64,000 bases of DNA. It comes from an uncultured delta proteobacterium (GTDB lineage Bacteria; Myxococcota_A; Polyangia; Palsa-1104). The notes under the pieces were generated by a model. The model searched no databases, was not told where the DNA came from, and saw only the letters and a program-made list of their open reading frames with translations. Shown piece by piece: positions 44,005-54,854 of the stretch. The stretch spans positions 32,001-96,000 of the forward strand of contig CAWAWS010000005.1 of the NCBI GenBank assembly GCA_963785725.1, read 5' to 3'. The position numbers were made by a program, and so were the translations under genes. Every line of letters starts with the position of its first letter. Position 1 is the first letter of the stretch.

Positions 44005-44839
44005 ATGCTCATCGACTGGTTCACCGTCGGAGCGCAGGCGCTCAACTTCGTCATCCTCGTCTGGCTGATGAAGCATTTTCTATATAAGCCCATCCTCCGC
44101 GCCGTCGACGCGCGCGAGCAACGGATCGCCAAGGAGCTCGCCGACGCCGACGCCGCGCAGCGCGAGGCCCATCAGGCGCGTGACGAGCTCCAGCAGAAGA
44201 ACGAGGCCTTCGACCGCCAGCGCGCCGACTTGCTCGGGCGCGCGACCGACGCGGCCCAAGCTGGAGCGCGATCGGCTCTTCGAAGCGGCGCGGCAAGCGG
44301 CCGAGACCGCCGGCGCCAAGCGACGCGAGACGCTGAAGAACGACGCGCACTCGCTGGAACAGCTGATCCGCCTCAAGACCCAGACGGAAGTATTCGCCAT
44401 CGCCCGACGGGCGCTGACGGACCTCGCCGCCGTCAGCCTGGAAGAGCGACTGGTGGCCGTGTTCAATCGCCGGCTCGGGGAGATGGACGACCGGGCAAAG
44501 ACCATCCTCATCGAAGCGCTCACGAAGACCACCGAGCCGGCGCTGGTGCGCTCCGCGTTCGACTTACCGCCCGAGCAGCGCGCCGCCATTCACGAGACCC
44601 TCAAGAGTCGCTTGGCGGTCGAGGTCCAGCTCCGCTTCGAGACTGCGCCCAGCCTGATCGGAGGGATCGAGCTGAGCAAGAATGGCCAGAAGATCGCCTG
44701 GAGCATCCAGGACTATCTGGCGTCGCTGGAGAGCGAGATGGGCGACCTCTTGAACCCACCGGCGCAGCCGGCGCCGAGGCCCGAGAACGCGACAGAGCAG
44801 TCGAGCGCCGCGAGCAGGTCCAATGGACACTTCGTCTAG
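44005..44839 (+). CDS. atpF: N-ATPase b(-delta) subunit; frameshift ~44256
   Basis: [13 protein letters not shown]...LYKPI; shifted frame VRSAF...LIGGIEL...WSIQDYL. Confidence 0.88.
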
Positions 44840-46466
44840 CGAGCTGCACAGCGTCTTCGACCGCGCGTTCGCCGAGATCGCCGCAGCGCGAGAGGCGTTC
44901 ACGCCGCGACTGGCGCCGCGGGAAGTCGGCACGATCAAGACGGTCTCCACGGGTATCGCGAAGGTCGCCGGTCTGCCCGGCGTGGGCTTCGAAGAGCTGC
45001 TCGAGTTTCCCGGCGACGTGTTCGGCATCGCGTTCAATCTGGACGTGGATGAGGTCGGCGTCATCTTGCTCGGCGAATACTCGCAGCTGCACGCCGGCGA
45101 CGAGGTCAAACGCACCGGCCGGGTCATGGACGTGGCCGTGGGCGAGCAACTGCTCGGGCGGGTCATCGACCCGCTCGGCCGGCCGCTCGACGGCAAGCCG
45201 CCGATCGTCGCCGCCGCGCGCTTGCCCATCGAGCGCCCGGCCGCGCCCATCATGGATCGCGCGCCCGTCAATATTCCGCTGCAAACCGGCCTCAAGGTCG
45301 TCGACGCGCTCGTCCCCATCGGCCGCGGCCAGCGTGAATTGATCCTCGGAGATCGCCAGACCGGCAAGACGGCGATCGCCATCGACACGATCGTGAACCA
45401 ACGCGGCAAGGATGTCCTGTGCGTCTATTGTGCGATCGGTCAGCGCGCCTCCGCCGTCGCCAAGGTGATCGCGAATCTGCGGGACGCGGGAGCGATGGAT
45501 TACACCGTCGTCGTCGTGGCCGAGGGCAATGAAGCGCCCGGCCTCGCCTACATCACGCCCTACGCCGCGACCAGCATCGCCGAGCACTTCATGGAGATGG
45601 GCCGCGACGTCCTCATCGTCTACGACGATCTCACGCAGCACGCCCGCGCCTATCGGGAGCTGTCGCTGCTGCTGCGCCGCCCGCCCGGTCGCGAGGCCTT
45701 TCCCGGCGACATCTTCTACATTCACTCGCGCCTGCTCGAGCGATCGACCCATCTGCGGTCGGAGCGCGGCGGCGGCTCGCTCACCGCCCTGCCCATCATC
45801 GAGACCGAAGCGCAGGATATCTCCGCCTATATCCCGACCAACCTGATCTCGATTACGGACGGGCAGATCTATCTGTCGCCGTCGCTGTTCGAGCTGGGCG
45901 TGCTGCCGGCAGTCGATGTCGGCAAATCGGTCTCGCGCGTCGGCGGCAAGGCGCAGCGCGCCGCCTACCGCGCGGTCACCGGCGACCTCAAGCTCGCCTA
46001 CGCGCAGTTCGAAGAGCTGGAGGCCTTCGCGCGGTTCGGTGCCCGCCTCGACGAGAACACGCGCAAGATCATCGAGCACGGACGGCGCATCCGCGCCTGC
46101 CTCAAGCAGGCCGAGCTCGTCTCGATCTCGATGCCGGTCCAGATTGCGATCCTGTTGGCGTTGACGGAGAAGCTCTTCGACGCAGTGCCGCTCGATCGGA
46201 TGGTCGACGCCGAGGAGGCCGTGCGGGCGGCAGCGTTGACCACTTCCGCGGCCATCTGCGGGCGATTCGAGAGCGCCGCCCAATTGAATGACGCTGATCG
46301 TCAGGCGATCGTGGAGCTCGCGCGCCTGGCGCTCGTGCCCTTTCATACCCGTGCGGAAGGTCAGTCTGAAAAGGAGGCAGCGTCCACGCGCGCAGCGGTC
46401 TCCACCGCCACCGCGCAAGCCGACGTCGCGCCGAAGCCCGCGTCTCCGTCGACTGGAAAGTCATGA
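44823..46466 (+). CDS. atpA: N-ATPase alpha subunit
   Basis: [28 protein letters not shown]. Confidence 0.95.
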   Translation: MDTSSSELHSVFDRAFAEIAAAREAFTPRLAPREVGTIKTVSTGIAKVAGLPGVGFEELLEFPGDVFGIAFNLDVDEVGVILLGEYSQLHAGDEVKRTGRVMDVAVGEQLLGRVIDPLGRPLDGKPPIVAAARLPIERPAAPIMDRAPVNIPLQTGLKVVDALVPIGRGQRELILGDRQTGKTAIAIDTIVNQRGKDVLCVYCAIGQRASAVAKVIANLRDAGAMDYTVVVVAEGNEAPGLAYITPYAATSIAEHFMEMGRDVLIVYDDLTQHARAYRELSLLLRRPPGREAFPGDIFYIHSRLLERSTHLRSERGGGSLTALPIIETEAQDISAYIPTNLISITDGQIYLSPSLFELGVLPAVDVGKSVSRVGGKAQRAAYRAVTGDLKLAYAQFEELEAFARFGARLDENTRKIIEHGRRIRACLKQAELVSISMPVQIAILLALTEKLFDAVPLDRMVDAEEAVRAAALTTSAAICGRFESAAQLNDADRQAIVELARLALVPFHTRAEGQSEKEAASTRAAVSTATAQADVAPKPASPSTGKS

Positions 46467-47359
46467 GTGACACGACGGCGAGCCTGCGTCGGAAGATCAA
46501 CAGCGCCGGCGAGCTCCAGTCGGTCGTCAGGACGATGAAGGCGCTGGCCGCTTCCAGCATCGGACAATATGAACAGTCGGTGCGCGCCGTGGCCGACTAC
46601 CATCGAGCCGTGGAGCTGGGCTTGGGCGCCTGCTTCCGCGCCACGGCGCCGGCGCGCTCGACAGCCGAGCCGCGGCCGCGAGCCGAGGCAGGCCCGATCG
46701 GCGCCGTCGTCTTCGGCTCCGATCAGGGCCTGGTCGGGCAGTTCAATGAGGTCGTGACAGATTATGCCGTCGGAAAGCTCGCGGAGCTGCCTGGCGGCCC
46801 GCTGGTCTGGGCCGTCGGCGAACGGGTCCACGCGCGCCTGACCGATGCGGGCATCCCAGTGATGGCGCTCTTTAGCCTGCCCAGCTCAGCCGAAGCGATC
46901 ACGCCACTCGTGGGACGAATTCAAGTCGAGACCGAATCGCGTCTCGCCGAAGGGAAGCAAACCTGTCTCTATGTCTTTCATAATCGGCCGCAGTCCGGCG
47001 CGCTGTACGAGCCGGTCAGTCAGCGTCTGCTGCCGATCGACGCCCAATGGCAGCGCGACGCAGCGCGAGCGCCTTGGCCGACCGGCAACTTGCCCGAGGT
47101 CGTCGGCGGCGGCGCGACTACGCTGCAAATGCTCATCCGTGAATACTTGTTCATCTCGCTCTTTCGGGCCTGCGCGGAGTCTCTGGCGAGCGAGAACGCC
47201 AGCCGCCTGGCGGCGATGCAGCGCGCCGACAAAAACATAGACGAGCTGATCGAGAGCCTCAGCGGCGCATTTCATGGCCTGCGGCAGAGCAGCATCGACG
47301 AAGAGCTGTTCGATGTCATCTCGGGTTTCGAAGCGCTGGGCAAGAACGAGCTCGCCTGA
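46463..47359 (+). CDS. atpG: N-ATPase gamma subunit
   Basis: [34 protein letters not shown]. Confidence 0.93.
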   Translation: MSDTTASLRRKINSAGELQSVVRTMKALAASSIGQYEQSVRAVADYHRAVELGLGACFRATAPARSTAEPRPRAEAGPIGAVVFGSDQGLVGQFNEVVTDYAVGKLAELPGGPLVWAVGERVHARLTDAGIPVMALFSLPSSAEAITPLVGRIQVETESRLAEGKQTCLYVFHNRPQSGALYEPVSQRLLPIDAQWQRDAARAPWPTGNLPEVVGGGATTLQMLIREYLFISLFRACAESLASENASRLAAMQRADKNIDELIESLSGAFHGLRQSSIDEELFDVISGFEALGKNELA

Positions 47360-48069
47360 TCGCTGACGGTCATGCGGCAGGCGGCGCGATGAGGCGCGCC
47401 ACCAACTGCAGCGCGCTTGCGCTTTCGCAAACGTGATCATCGTCGATGCTGCGGAGGTCGGGCGCTCGGGAACGACCCACGCTTCGCGCGGCTCTCGATG
47501 TTGCGACGCCGGCCGGTGGCGCGGTCTCTCATGCAGGTAACGGCATACTGTCGCCGCCCGAACCCGGCCAGTCGGGAAACGGCGCCATGGACGACTTCGG
47601 CAGCCAGCACTTCACGTGGCACGCCGTCCTCGCGGATGGCGCCAGCTCCAATCCGACCCCGACTCCCACGCCCACCGGCGGCTACGGCTACTACGCTTCG
47701 CAGGCGCAGCCGCAGCCTCGTAGCCGGCCTGCGCGCACCTCGACGACGTGAACCGCTTGGGCACGCGCTGGGCGCGACTCGTGCCCAAGCTGCGGCGGCT
47801 GTGCGGCTCGCTGAGCCTGTCGCCGTTCGGTTCGATGCTAGGCGGGCCTGAGCAACCTCTTGGAGCGAAAGTCGTCTCCCGATCGTCATCGTCGCTGCCA
47901 GCGTCAATGGGATCTACCGCCGCACCGACGCGGTAAAGCGCACTCTGCCGGGATGCGCGGTCGCGGAGTCAGCCACAAGTGTCACGGCTGCGGTCCGATC
48001 ACATTGGCGCCAGATGTCCGACGGCTTTTTGCTCTGGCGGACCTACCTTACGGTTCAGGTGGTGAGGCG

Positions 48070-48522
48070 ATGATACCAGACCAAATCAGGAACTATCTCG
48101 AGGACAGCGGCGTGCCCTTTCGTGAGGCGACACATCCGTGCCGCATGACCGCGCAGCGTACCGCCGAGGCCGCGCGCATCTCGGGCAAGCGGTTCGGCAA
48201 GACAGTCGTGCTGCGCCAGGGCGATCGATACGTCATGGCGGTCGTGCCCGCCAACGAGCGGGTCGACCTTGCCGCCATGCGCGACCTGTTCGGCGCCGGT
48301 CTCAACCTCGTGGGCGAGCAGGAGCTGGCGCAACTGTTCCCCGACTGCGAGGTGGGAGCGATGCCGCCCTTCGGTGGGCTCTATGGGTTGCCGGTGATCG
48401 CGGACGCGTGCTTGGCGCGACAAGATACCGTTGCCATCAACGGCGGCACGCATACCGACATGATCGAGCTGCGCTGGGACGACTTCGTGCAAGCCGAACA
48501 TCCGCGCATCGTCGGCCATTGA
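48070..48522 (+). CDS. YbaK/EbsC aminoacyl-tRNA deacylase family protein
   Basis: GKTVV, FPDCEVGAMPPFG, NGGTH. Confidence 0.9.
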   Translation: MIPDQIRNYLEDSGVPFREATHPCRMTAQRTAEAARISGKRFGKTVVLRQGDRYVMAVVPANERVDLAAMRDLFGAGLNLVGEQELAQLFPDCEVGAMPPFGGLYGLPVIADACLARQDTVAINGGTHTDMIELRWDDFVQAEHPRIVGH

Positions 48523-48819
48523 TCGCGCCGCCCGGTCGGCGCTGAGGACGCGGCCCGGCCATTCCGATCGGACCCGATCGACGGCGGCTGGCAGCCAATG
48601 AAGAGATGGACCCATCATCTCGTCGGCGTCTTTATCGCCGAATTGCGTCTGCCGCGGCTGTCACTGCGGGGAACGCGTGGCGCGAGGATGCGCGGCTCGC
48701 GCCTCACGCGCCGGTGGTCCCGCGAGCGAGCTCTTCGTCGGGCACGATGTTGCGCGTCGCGCCGCACGTGCGTCCGCGCCGCGCGGAGCTACCTTGCAGC
48801 TTAGAAACGGAGGTTGGCG

Positions 48820-49170
48820 ATGGTTCGTGGGCTCTCTCTGCTGCTGGCCGCTGGCCTCGTGATCTTGTGGGCCGCCGGCCTCGACAATCATGCGACCGTC
48901 TGGTTGACGTGGCTCGCCGGCTTCGGCGCGCTCGCCGGCTTCATGATCGCCGCCGGTCCGGGTGTCGGGCCCGGCCACGCGGTCAAGCCGGGCGCCTTGG
49001 TCGCGCTGGCGCTGGGTCTGACCGCGCTCGCGACCATCGGCTTCGCGCGCCACGCCGAGCTGTGGCTCAACGCGTGCGTTCTGTTCGTCGGCTGCGGATT
49101 CCTCTTCGTCGGCGCCGCCGGCAGCCTCTCGGGCAAGGCGATCACGCGCACGCGGATGCGCCCGGCGTGA
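48820..49170 (+). CDS. Four-TM membrane protein
   Basis: GGAGG RBS; two similar hydrophobic hairpins (A.xWL repeated). Confidence 0.65.
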   Translation: MVRGLSLLLAAGLVILWAAGLDNHATVWLTWLAGFGALAGFMIAAGPGVGPGHAVKPGALVALALGLTALATIGFARHAELWLNACVLFVGCGFLFVGAAGSLSGKAITRTRMRPA

Positions 49171-49172
49171 GG

Positions 49173-49463
49173 TTACTTGCGGGCGGCTCGTTTCAGAGTG
49201 GAGACGATCAACCCTAGATACCGGCGCACCTGCTCACGATCACTCTCCTTCTCGGCCTCGCTCAGGTCGTCATATGCCGTCGAGATCTGCGTCTCCCACC
49301 GCTCGACCAGCTTTGCGGGCAAAATGAGTGAGCCATCGGGCTGACGACTGCCTTTTTCATGCACGTGACGCTGCCAGTGCGACCAGCGAACATGTTCGAT
49401 GGCTGCCAGCTCTTCAAGCAAGCCGCTCAGCACACGGTCCACATCATCCGGCTCCATCGTCAT
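49173..49463 (-). CDS. Small RyR-domain-like protein
   Basis: LEELAAIEHVRW...YDDLSEAEKESDREQV; AAGGAGG RBS. Confidence 0.65.
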   Translation of the reverse strand: MTMEPDDVDRVLSGLLEELAAIEHVRWSHWQRHVHEKGSRQPDGSLILPAKLVERWETQISTAYDDLSEAEKESDREQVRRYLGLIVSTLKRAARK

Positions 49464-49846
49464 CCCCTCCTTTATCATCGCGAAGCTCGGAGCCGCCCCC
49501 GAATCGTTTGCCGCACTCTCGCAGTTGCGGGCCAAGTAGCCAGCCGCCACTTCCAATGGTGCAGTCGCTCCGACTGGTAAGTCGCGTGCATTCGCCCAGA
49601 CGCGTCTCGTCGAACCTGGTAAGCAGTCGAGAATGCCCAATTGGCGGCAGAATAGCCGCGATATAGATCGTGATCATATTGGCGAAAAGTCGCGCAGTGT
49701 CCTAAATGCAAGGCGTTAGGTCAGTCGCTGCTTCAGTCACACCCGCGCGGCGTGCTCAAAAGACCGGATAGCCTTACGGGGTCGAGAAAGGCTCAGATTT
49801 CCTTTTCCATTGCCCGAATAGGGGCGAGCTCACGCGGAGTACGACG

Positions 49847-51400
49847 CTACGTGATCGGCGGGTTGCCCGGCGGAATCGTGTCGGGCACCACGCACGACGA
49901 GAGATCGAAGAGCATGAACTCGAGCGCCTTCTCCTGCGCCGACAGATCGCCCGAGGCGCAGCCATCGGGCGGCGGCGGCGAGTCGAGCGTCGCCGGATCG
50001 CCCGACACGTGCAGGTCGCTGAACACCGCCCGACCGCAGTAGTTGGGCGTGCCGGCGTCGGTGACCTGCGCGTTGACGGGCGTGTCGAACGACAGATACA
50101 TCGTCGCGCCCGACTGGCCCGTCGAGTCCGACGTAATCCACGGCTGCGACGCCTTGTTCGACGCCGAGACGATCGCGTTGTAGCGCGGCGAGTAGATCGA
50201 GACTTCGCCCGCTTTCACGCCGTTCTGCCCGAGCGCGCCCACATTCGTCATCCACTTCTGCAGCGAGACGCCTTTCGGGAACGACTGCGTCGAGCCGTTG
50301 AGCGTCGTGTCGATGATGCCACCGATGGGCCCGTCGTCTTCGCTGCTGTCGTCCGACCACGTGGCCAGGTTGCTGCCCCAATCTGCCGGCGCCGTGTAGC
50401 TCTGCCCGGACGATATGGCGCCGGAGAACCACGCGTAGTGGTAGTGCGAGCCGAACGCTCGCCCACCCGCGTTCAAGTACGCCTCGAGCGCTTGCGGGTT
50501 GGCGTTGAAGGTCTCGCCGCCCTCGCACGAGAGCAGCACGATGTCGTACGGCATCAACTGAGCTTGCGTCGACCACAGGTTCGTATCGCTCTCCGGCGCG
50601 CCGGTCATCGACGGGAACTCGGGCGCCCCGCCGGCGCTGAGGCCGGTCGGGTCGCCGCCCGAGAAGACGTGCACGTGACCGCCGCTGGCGTTGCCGGCGA
50701 CGTACTCGGTCGTCGGCAGGCCGATGCGCCGCATCAGGCACTCGAGCGTGTCGGCCGAGCCGGTCGAGACGGCGATGTGCGGCATGCTGCTGGTGATGTC
50801 CCCGGGGGCGATGCTGCTGGGGAAGGCGAGTGACTTATCGGGCTGCGGGTTGTCCTGGCACGACGTGACGTTGATGGTGTACTGGCGGCGCCACTTGCCG
50901 ATCTGGATGACGAGCGGGACCGCCGAGCCGGCGGGCGCGTTCGTGAGCGTGAAGGTGCCGTCCTCGGCCGTCGACGTGACGACCACGGCGCCACTCTGGA
51001 AGAGCGCCGCGCACGAGCAAGCGTCGGCGCCGGTGGGCACGCCCTCCGGCAGCGCCACCAGCGGGCTCGCGGGAACATAGACCGAGACGTTGTAGAGCGG
51101 ATTCTTGGCGGCCGGATCGTAGACCTTGCCGGAGATCGTCGTCGTGCCGTTGTTGCTGCACGACACGTTGCACGTCAACCCGGTCGGGCACGCGATCCCG
51201 CCGCCGCCGCCGGCGGAACCGCCGCCGCCGCCGCCGGCGCTGCCGCCACCACCGCTGCTGCTACCGCCACCGCCGCTGCTACCGTTGCCACCGACGCCGG
51301 CGCCGGCGTCCATGCCGCTACTGGTTTGGCCGTGGCGGATTCCCGTACTGCTACAGCCGACAACGAGTGCGAGAGAAAGAAATCGGGCGCGCATCAGCAT
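49847..51400 (-). CDS. Cys-rich lipoprotein with a carboxypeptidase-regulatory-like domain (myxobacterial type)
   Basis: Lipobox VVGC, Gly/Ser linker, TTISGKVYDP, GKWRR, EKALEFMLFDLSSC. Confidence 0.8.
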   Translation of the reverse strand: MLMRARFLSLALVVGCSSTGIRHGQTSSGMDAGAGVGGNGSSGGGGSSSGGGGSAGGGGGGSAGGGGGIACPTGLTCNVSCSNNGTTTISGKVYDPAAKNPLYNVSVYVPASPLVALPEGVPTGADACSCAALFQSGAVVVTSTAEDGTFTLTNAPAGSAVPLVIQIGKWRRQYTINVTSCQDNPQPDKSLAFPSSIAPGDITSSMPHIAVSTGSADTLECLMRRIGLPTTEYVAGNASGGHVHVFSGGDPTGLSAGGAPEFPSMTGAPESDTNLWSTQAQLMPYDIVLLSCEGGETFNANPQALEAYLNAGGRAFGSHYHYAWFSGAISSGQSYTAPADWGSNLATWSDDSSEDDGPIGGIIDTTLNGSTQSFPKGVSLQKWMTNVGALGQNGVKAGEVSIYSPRYNAIVSASNKASQPWITSDSTGQSGATMYLSFDTPVNAQVTDAGTPNYCGRAVFSDLHVSGDPATLDSPPPPDGCASGDLSAQEKALEFMLFDLSSCVVPDTIPPGNPPIT

Positions 51401-51566
51401 GGCTAGTCTCCGCTATTGGCGGCGCCGAGCCAGCAAGCCGCGATCCATTACCTATGAAAATCCGCGCAACGCTCATCTCCTTGGACTGCAAGACAGACTT
51501 TCGTGTGCAACTTCAAAGCGACTGCGCCGAAGCTCGAGTCGCCGTCGCGTTACACCCCAAACGCGG

Positions 51567-51603
51567 GGGTCGAGTGACCCCAAAGGCAGGGTCGAGTGAC
51601 CCC
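51567..51603. repeat. Tandem 15-bp palindromic repeat
   Basis: GGGTCGAGTGACCCC at 51567 and 51589. Confidence 0.75.
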
Positions 51604-51840
51604 GCCTCGGCTGCAAACGCGGACGCAAATGGCTGCTAGAGGCGTTCATGGGTACATTGAAAAGAGACCTCGCCAGCGACAAGTTGTCGCACGTCGATGA
51701 GCTAGCTGATCAACCCGACTAGGCGACCAGAAACAAACAGCTCGGTGCCTCCCGAGCGAGAATGATGATCGGGTTTGGGCGAGTGATACGGAGAACGCGA
51801 CGGCTCGCTGAAGTCGCGAGGATTCGACGTCGGTGACTGC

Positions 51841-52452
51841 TCAGGCAGCCTGACGCTGCCAGTGGCCCAACGTGTCGACATGATCGATCTCCAAGAGATC
51901 GGACGCATCGAGCTCGATCTCGGCGTCGGCCGGCGGCGCCGCGCATGGGCGCGGATCAACCATCATGACCGCCAGGGGCAGCACCGACTCGGTCTCGATG
52001 GACACGATCCCCGAGTCATCGAGGTCCAGCTCCAACTCCTCGACGCCCACGACGAGCTCTTCGTCGCCCGACAGCGCCGCGGCAGGCGGCCGCGTGGCCG
52101 CCGCGATCGGCGTGGCGATCGTCTCGGCGGCGACCGCCACCAGCTCGGGCGACGCGTGCTCGACCTCGTCGAAGTGATCGTTGGCGGCTGGCTTCCGGAG
52201 GTCGACGGTGATGGCCCGCGACCGAACCGTCCGTTCGTTGACCGGCGTGCCGGCCTGCCGGCGCGCAACATCCATGACGAGCGCGGCGAGCGGATCGCCG
52301 TTGGGCTCGACCAAAGACGCCTTGTCGCGCACTCGCGAGATGATGATCTGGATCGTCGTTTCTTCTTCGTAGCGGTCGTTCGCTGACACTGCCATGCGCA
52401 AGGTGTCCGAGATTGCCGCATCCAACTGCGCTAACTTGAGTCCGCCGTTCAT
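51841..52452 (-). CDS. Hypothetical acidic protein
   Basis: GGAGG before ATG 52452; repeated ELD(L/A).D motifs. Confidence 0.55.
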   Translation of the reverse strand: MNGGLKLAQLDAAISDTLRMAVSANDRYEEETTIQIIISRVRDKASLVEPNGDPLAALVMDVARRQAGTPVNERTVRSRAITVDLRKPAANDHFDEVEHASPELVAVAAETIATPIAAATRPPAAALSGDEELVVGVEELELDLDDSGIVSIETESVLPLAVMMVDPRPCAAPPADAEIELDASDLLEIDHVDTLGHWQRQAA

Positions 52453-52995
52453 TTCATGTCGCCTCCCACCTGTACCTTCGCTTACTAGCAAGACCTTGGC
52501 CAATCGTTATTGACCAATGATTCTCGGGCAGTTTGAAGCGCTAAGTCGCTCGCTGTCGCCAGTCTTGGCGCGTCAGCGACTTGACGCCGGAGACGCCGAC
52601 GCCCGCTATCTTCCCCCGACGATTCCGACCTGCGCGGCAGCGAACGGACCCGTTGCGGATGCGGCTGGTCCGGACAAGCGATCCCGTCAGACTCTTGACG
52701 CTGCCCTTCCGACGGCGAGCACGGCTATCACGGCGATGACGAACCGAAAAGCGCGCTCGTCACCGAGCTCCGGCGCTCGTCGAGCGATCGCAACGCGGGA
52801 TGGCGCAGGTCCCGAGATTGGCGCTCGCCGCGATCGAGGCCGGACTGGCTCGCAGCTCCGCGAATCAGGCCGAGCTTGATGGAGCCGCCGCCCGCCCTGC
52901 GGAAATGCCGTGACCTCACTCCGCAACTCTTGTAAGCGGTTTGTTGGTAAGCGTCGGCCAACCGCGGATGAGCCTCGGGCAAGGAGTCTCGCTTC

Positions 52996-53982
52996 ATGAT
53001 CAGGATGACGGCCCTCATCGGGCTCGTATTGAGCGCATGCACAGTTGGCTGCGCCACGACGGCCACCCCGTCGCGCGCCGCGACGACGACTCCACCGACG
53101 ACGACGACGCCGCCGCCGGCGGCCACGACGTCACCACCGGCCGCGCCCGCGCCGGCGGCTACGACACCGGGAGATGCCAAGGCGCTCCTGCACGCCGCTT
53201 TTACCGAGGTCGGCAAAGGCAATCTCGCGCAAGCGCGCGCGCTGCTCGATCAGGCGCGCCCGCTCGTCGGCGCGGATCGCGATCTCGAGCTCCGCTCGGT
53301 CAGCGTGGCGATCGCGGTCTTCAGCAATTTGGGCGACTACGAAGCGGCCGCCCGCTTCATCCTCGACGTCATCCGTCACCGCAACGGCGATCCGACCGAC
53401 GGGCAGCTGTTCACGCTGCACAACTGGATGGCCATCCTGCGTGAGGCGCAAGGCGATCTGCCGAGTGCCATTATCGAGTCTTCTGAACGCACGGCGATCG
53501 GCTACGAAGGAACGTGGGAGCCGGCTGCCGAGCGATTGCAGCAGGCGCGCTTCAAAGACGATTGGCACCGCGCTTATCTGTTTCGCATGTACGCCGAGCA
53601 GTTGAGCGGCACGGCGCGCGAGGCCGCGCTCTACGCCGCCGAGAATGCCCGCAGAGCTTACGTCGCGGCCGGCGGCTATCCCGATTCCGTCGCCGTGCTC
53701 GATGCGCTGTTCGCCATGTATGACCGGCGCTGGGACGACGTTCGCGTCGCGGTCAAGCGCGTCGACATCGCCAAAGACGACGACGAAGAGGACTTGTACC
53801 TGCTATTTAGCGCGCTCGATTCGACCGGCGATCACGCAGCGGCCGCCGCCATTCGCAAACATATCGAACAGAGTCCGCCGACGTGGGGAATGTGGCGCGG
53901 CTGGCTCAAGCATGACACGGACGGCACGCCGCCCGCGCAAAAGCGCTTCTCGCCGCGCTTTCCGCTCGGCAAGCGGCCTTAG
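52996..53982 (+). CDS. Helical (TPR-like) lipoprotein
   Basis: Lipobox TVGC, Thr/Pro linker, all-helical body. Confidence 0.7.
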   Translation: MIRMTALIGLVLSACTVGCATTATPSRAATTTPPTTTTPPPAATTSPPAAPAPAATTPGDAKALLHAAFTEVGKGNLAQARALLDQARPLVGADRDLELRSVSVAIAVFSNLGDYEAAARFILDVIRHRNGDPTDGQLFTLHNWMAILREAQGDLPSAIIESSERTAIGYEGTWEPAAERLQQARFKDDWHRAYLFRMYAEQLSGTAREAALYAAENARRAYVAAGGYPDSVAVLDALFAMYDRRWDDVRVAVKRVDIAKDDDEEDLYLLFSALDSTGDHAAAAAIRKHIEQSPPTWGMWRGWLKHDTDGTPPAQKRFSPRFPLGKRP

Positions 53983-54045
53983 AACAAACCCGCAGTCGGC
54001 TGCGCGTGGCGGTCATGCCCCGCCATCAACGGCTCCGTTGGCGCT

Positions 54046-54612
54046 TTACCACTCGACGCGGATGGTGCCGGCCTTCCCATCATCGGTGATCTTGGTCGGG
54101 CTGACACTGCCGTTGACGCGACAGAGCCGGAGCATGTACTCGCACGACGTCTCGAATCCGATGAAGGCGGCGCGCTGGTTGCCTCCATGCGGGAACGTCG
54201 CCAGCAAGCTGCCTTTGCGTGGATCTTCCAACGTCCAGCGCAAGGCAATGCCGCGCAGCTGCGTGCGCGTCATGTCGCTGAAGCGCGACAGCAGCGTGTT
54301 GGGCGTCGCGCCGAACACGCGCAGCAGACCGCTGACGATCGGCATGAGCAGCGGGCCGATGGACGTCTCCTGCGCGCCCAGGCTCACCTGGCGGGCCGCC
54401 TCGATCCCGCACACCGCGTCGACAGCCACCAGCAGATCCTGAAGCACCATGCCGTCCATCCACGCCGCCGCAAGCGGGAGGGTTTCGAGCGCCTGGCGCG
54501 TCTGTGCGGGCAGCTTCGCTAGCACCTCGGGAAACGCGCTCAGCTTCTCCGCCTGCGACAGATGGGCACGCACGGTCCAGCATTTGAGCTCGTAGCTACC
54601 CCGACTCGCCAT
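54046..54612 (-). CDS. DUF2378/V4R-like hypothetical protein
   Basis: Pattern LP..TR..L...LAAAW.D and C-terminal W resembles myxobacterial DUF2378-like proteins. Confidence 0.5.
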   Translation of the reverse strand: MASRGSYELKCWTVRAHLSQAEKLSAFPEVLAKLPAQTRQALETLPLAAAWMDGMVLQDLLVAVDAVCGIEAARQVSLGAQETSIGPLLMPIVSGLLRVFGATPNTLLSRFSDMTRTQLRGIALRWTLEDPRKGSLLATFPHGGNQRAAFIGFETSCEYMLRLCRVNGSVSPTKITDDGKAGTIRVEW

Positions 54613-54854
54613 ATCGCCCGACTCACCCCTGATGGTCTTCGACTATATGGTATTCGACCGCGCCACCGAAACTCAAGGCAATGCTGCGCGCGCACCGCCT
54701 CGCGGTCGTCGCATCGGGGTGTCGAGCTGTTTTATGGAGAGGCGCAGCTCGCCATTGGGAAGAGCGAGCGAATCGCACGCGGGCGCTGGCTCGATGCGCT
54801 CGGGTGAGGCTCAGCCGCTTCGCTTGGCCGGGCGGAGACGCGCGCAGACCGACC

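Noticed and set aside
44240..44270. Programmed frameshift in atpF (also considered for mgtA and napC)
   Set aside because: No slippery heptamer seen; similar indels across unrelated genes point to sequencing error.
47446..47751. Short ORF with PTPTPT and GGYGYY segments
   Set aside because: No RBS or family motif; may be a relic but cannot be supported.
51198..51305. ccgccg-type tandem repeats
   Set aside because: Encode the Gly/Ser linker of the lipoprotein; not CRISPR or a VNTR element.
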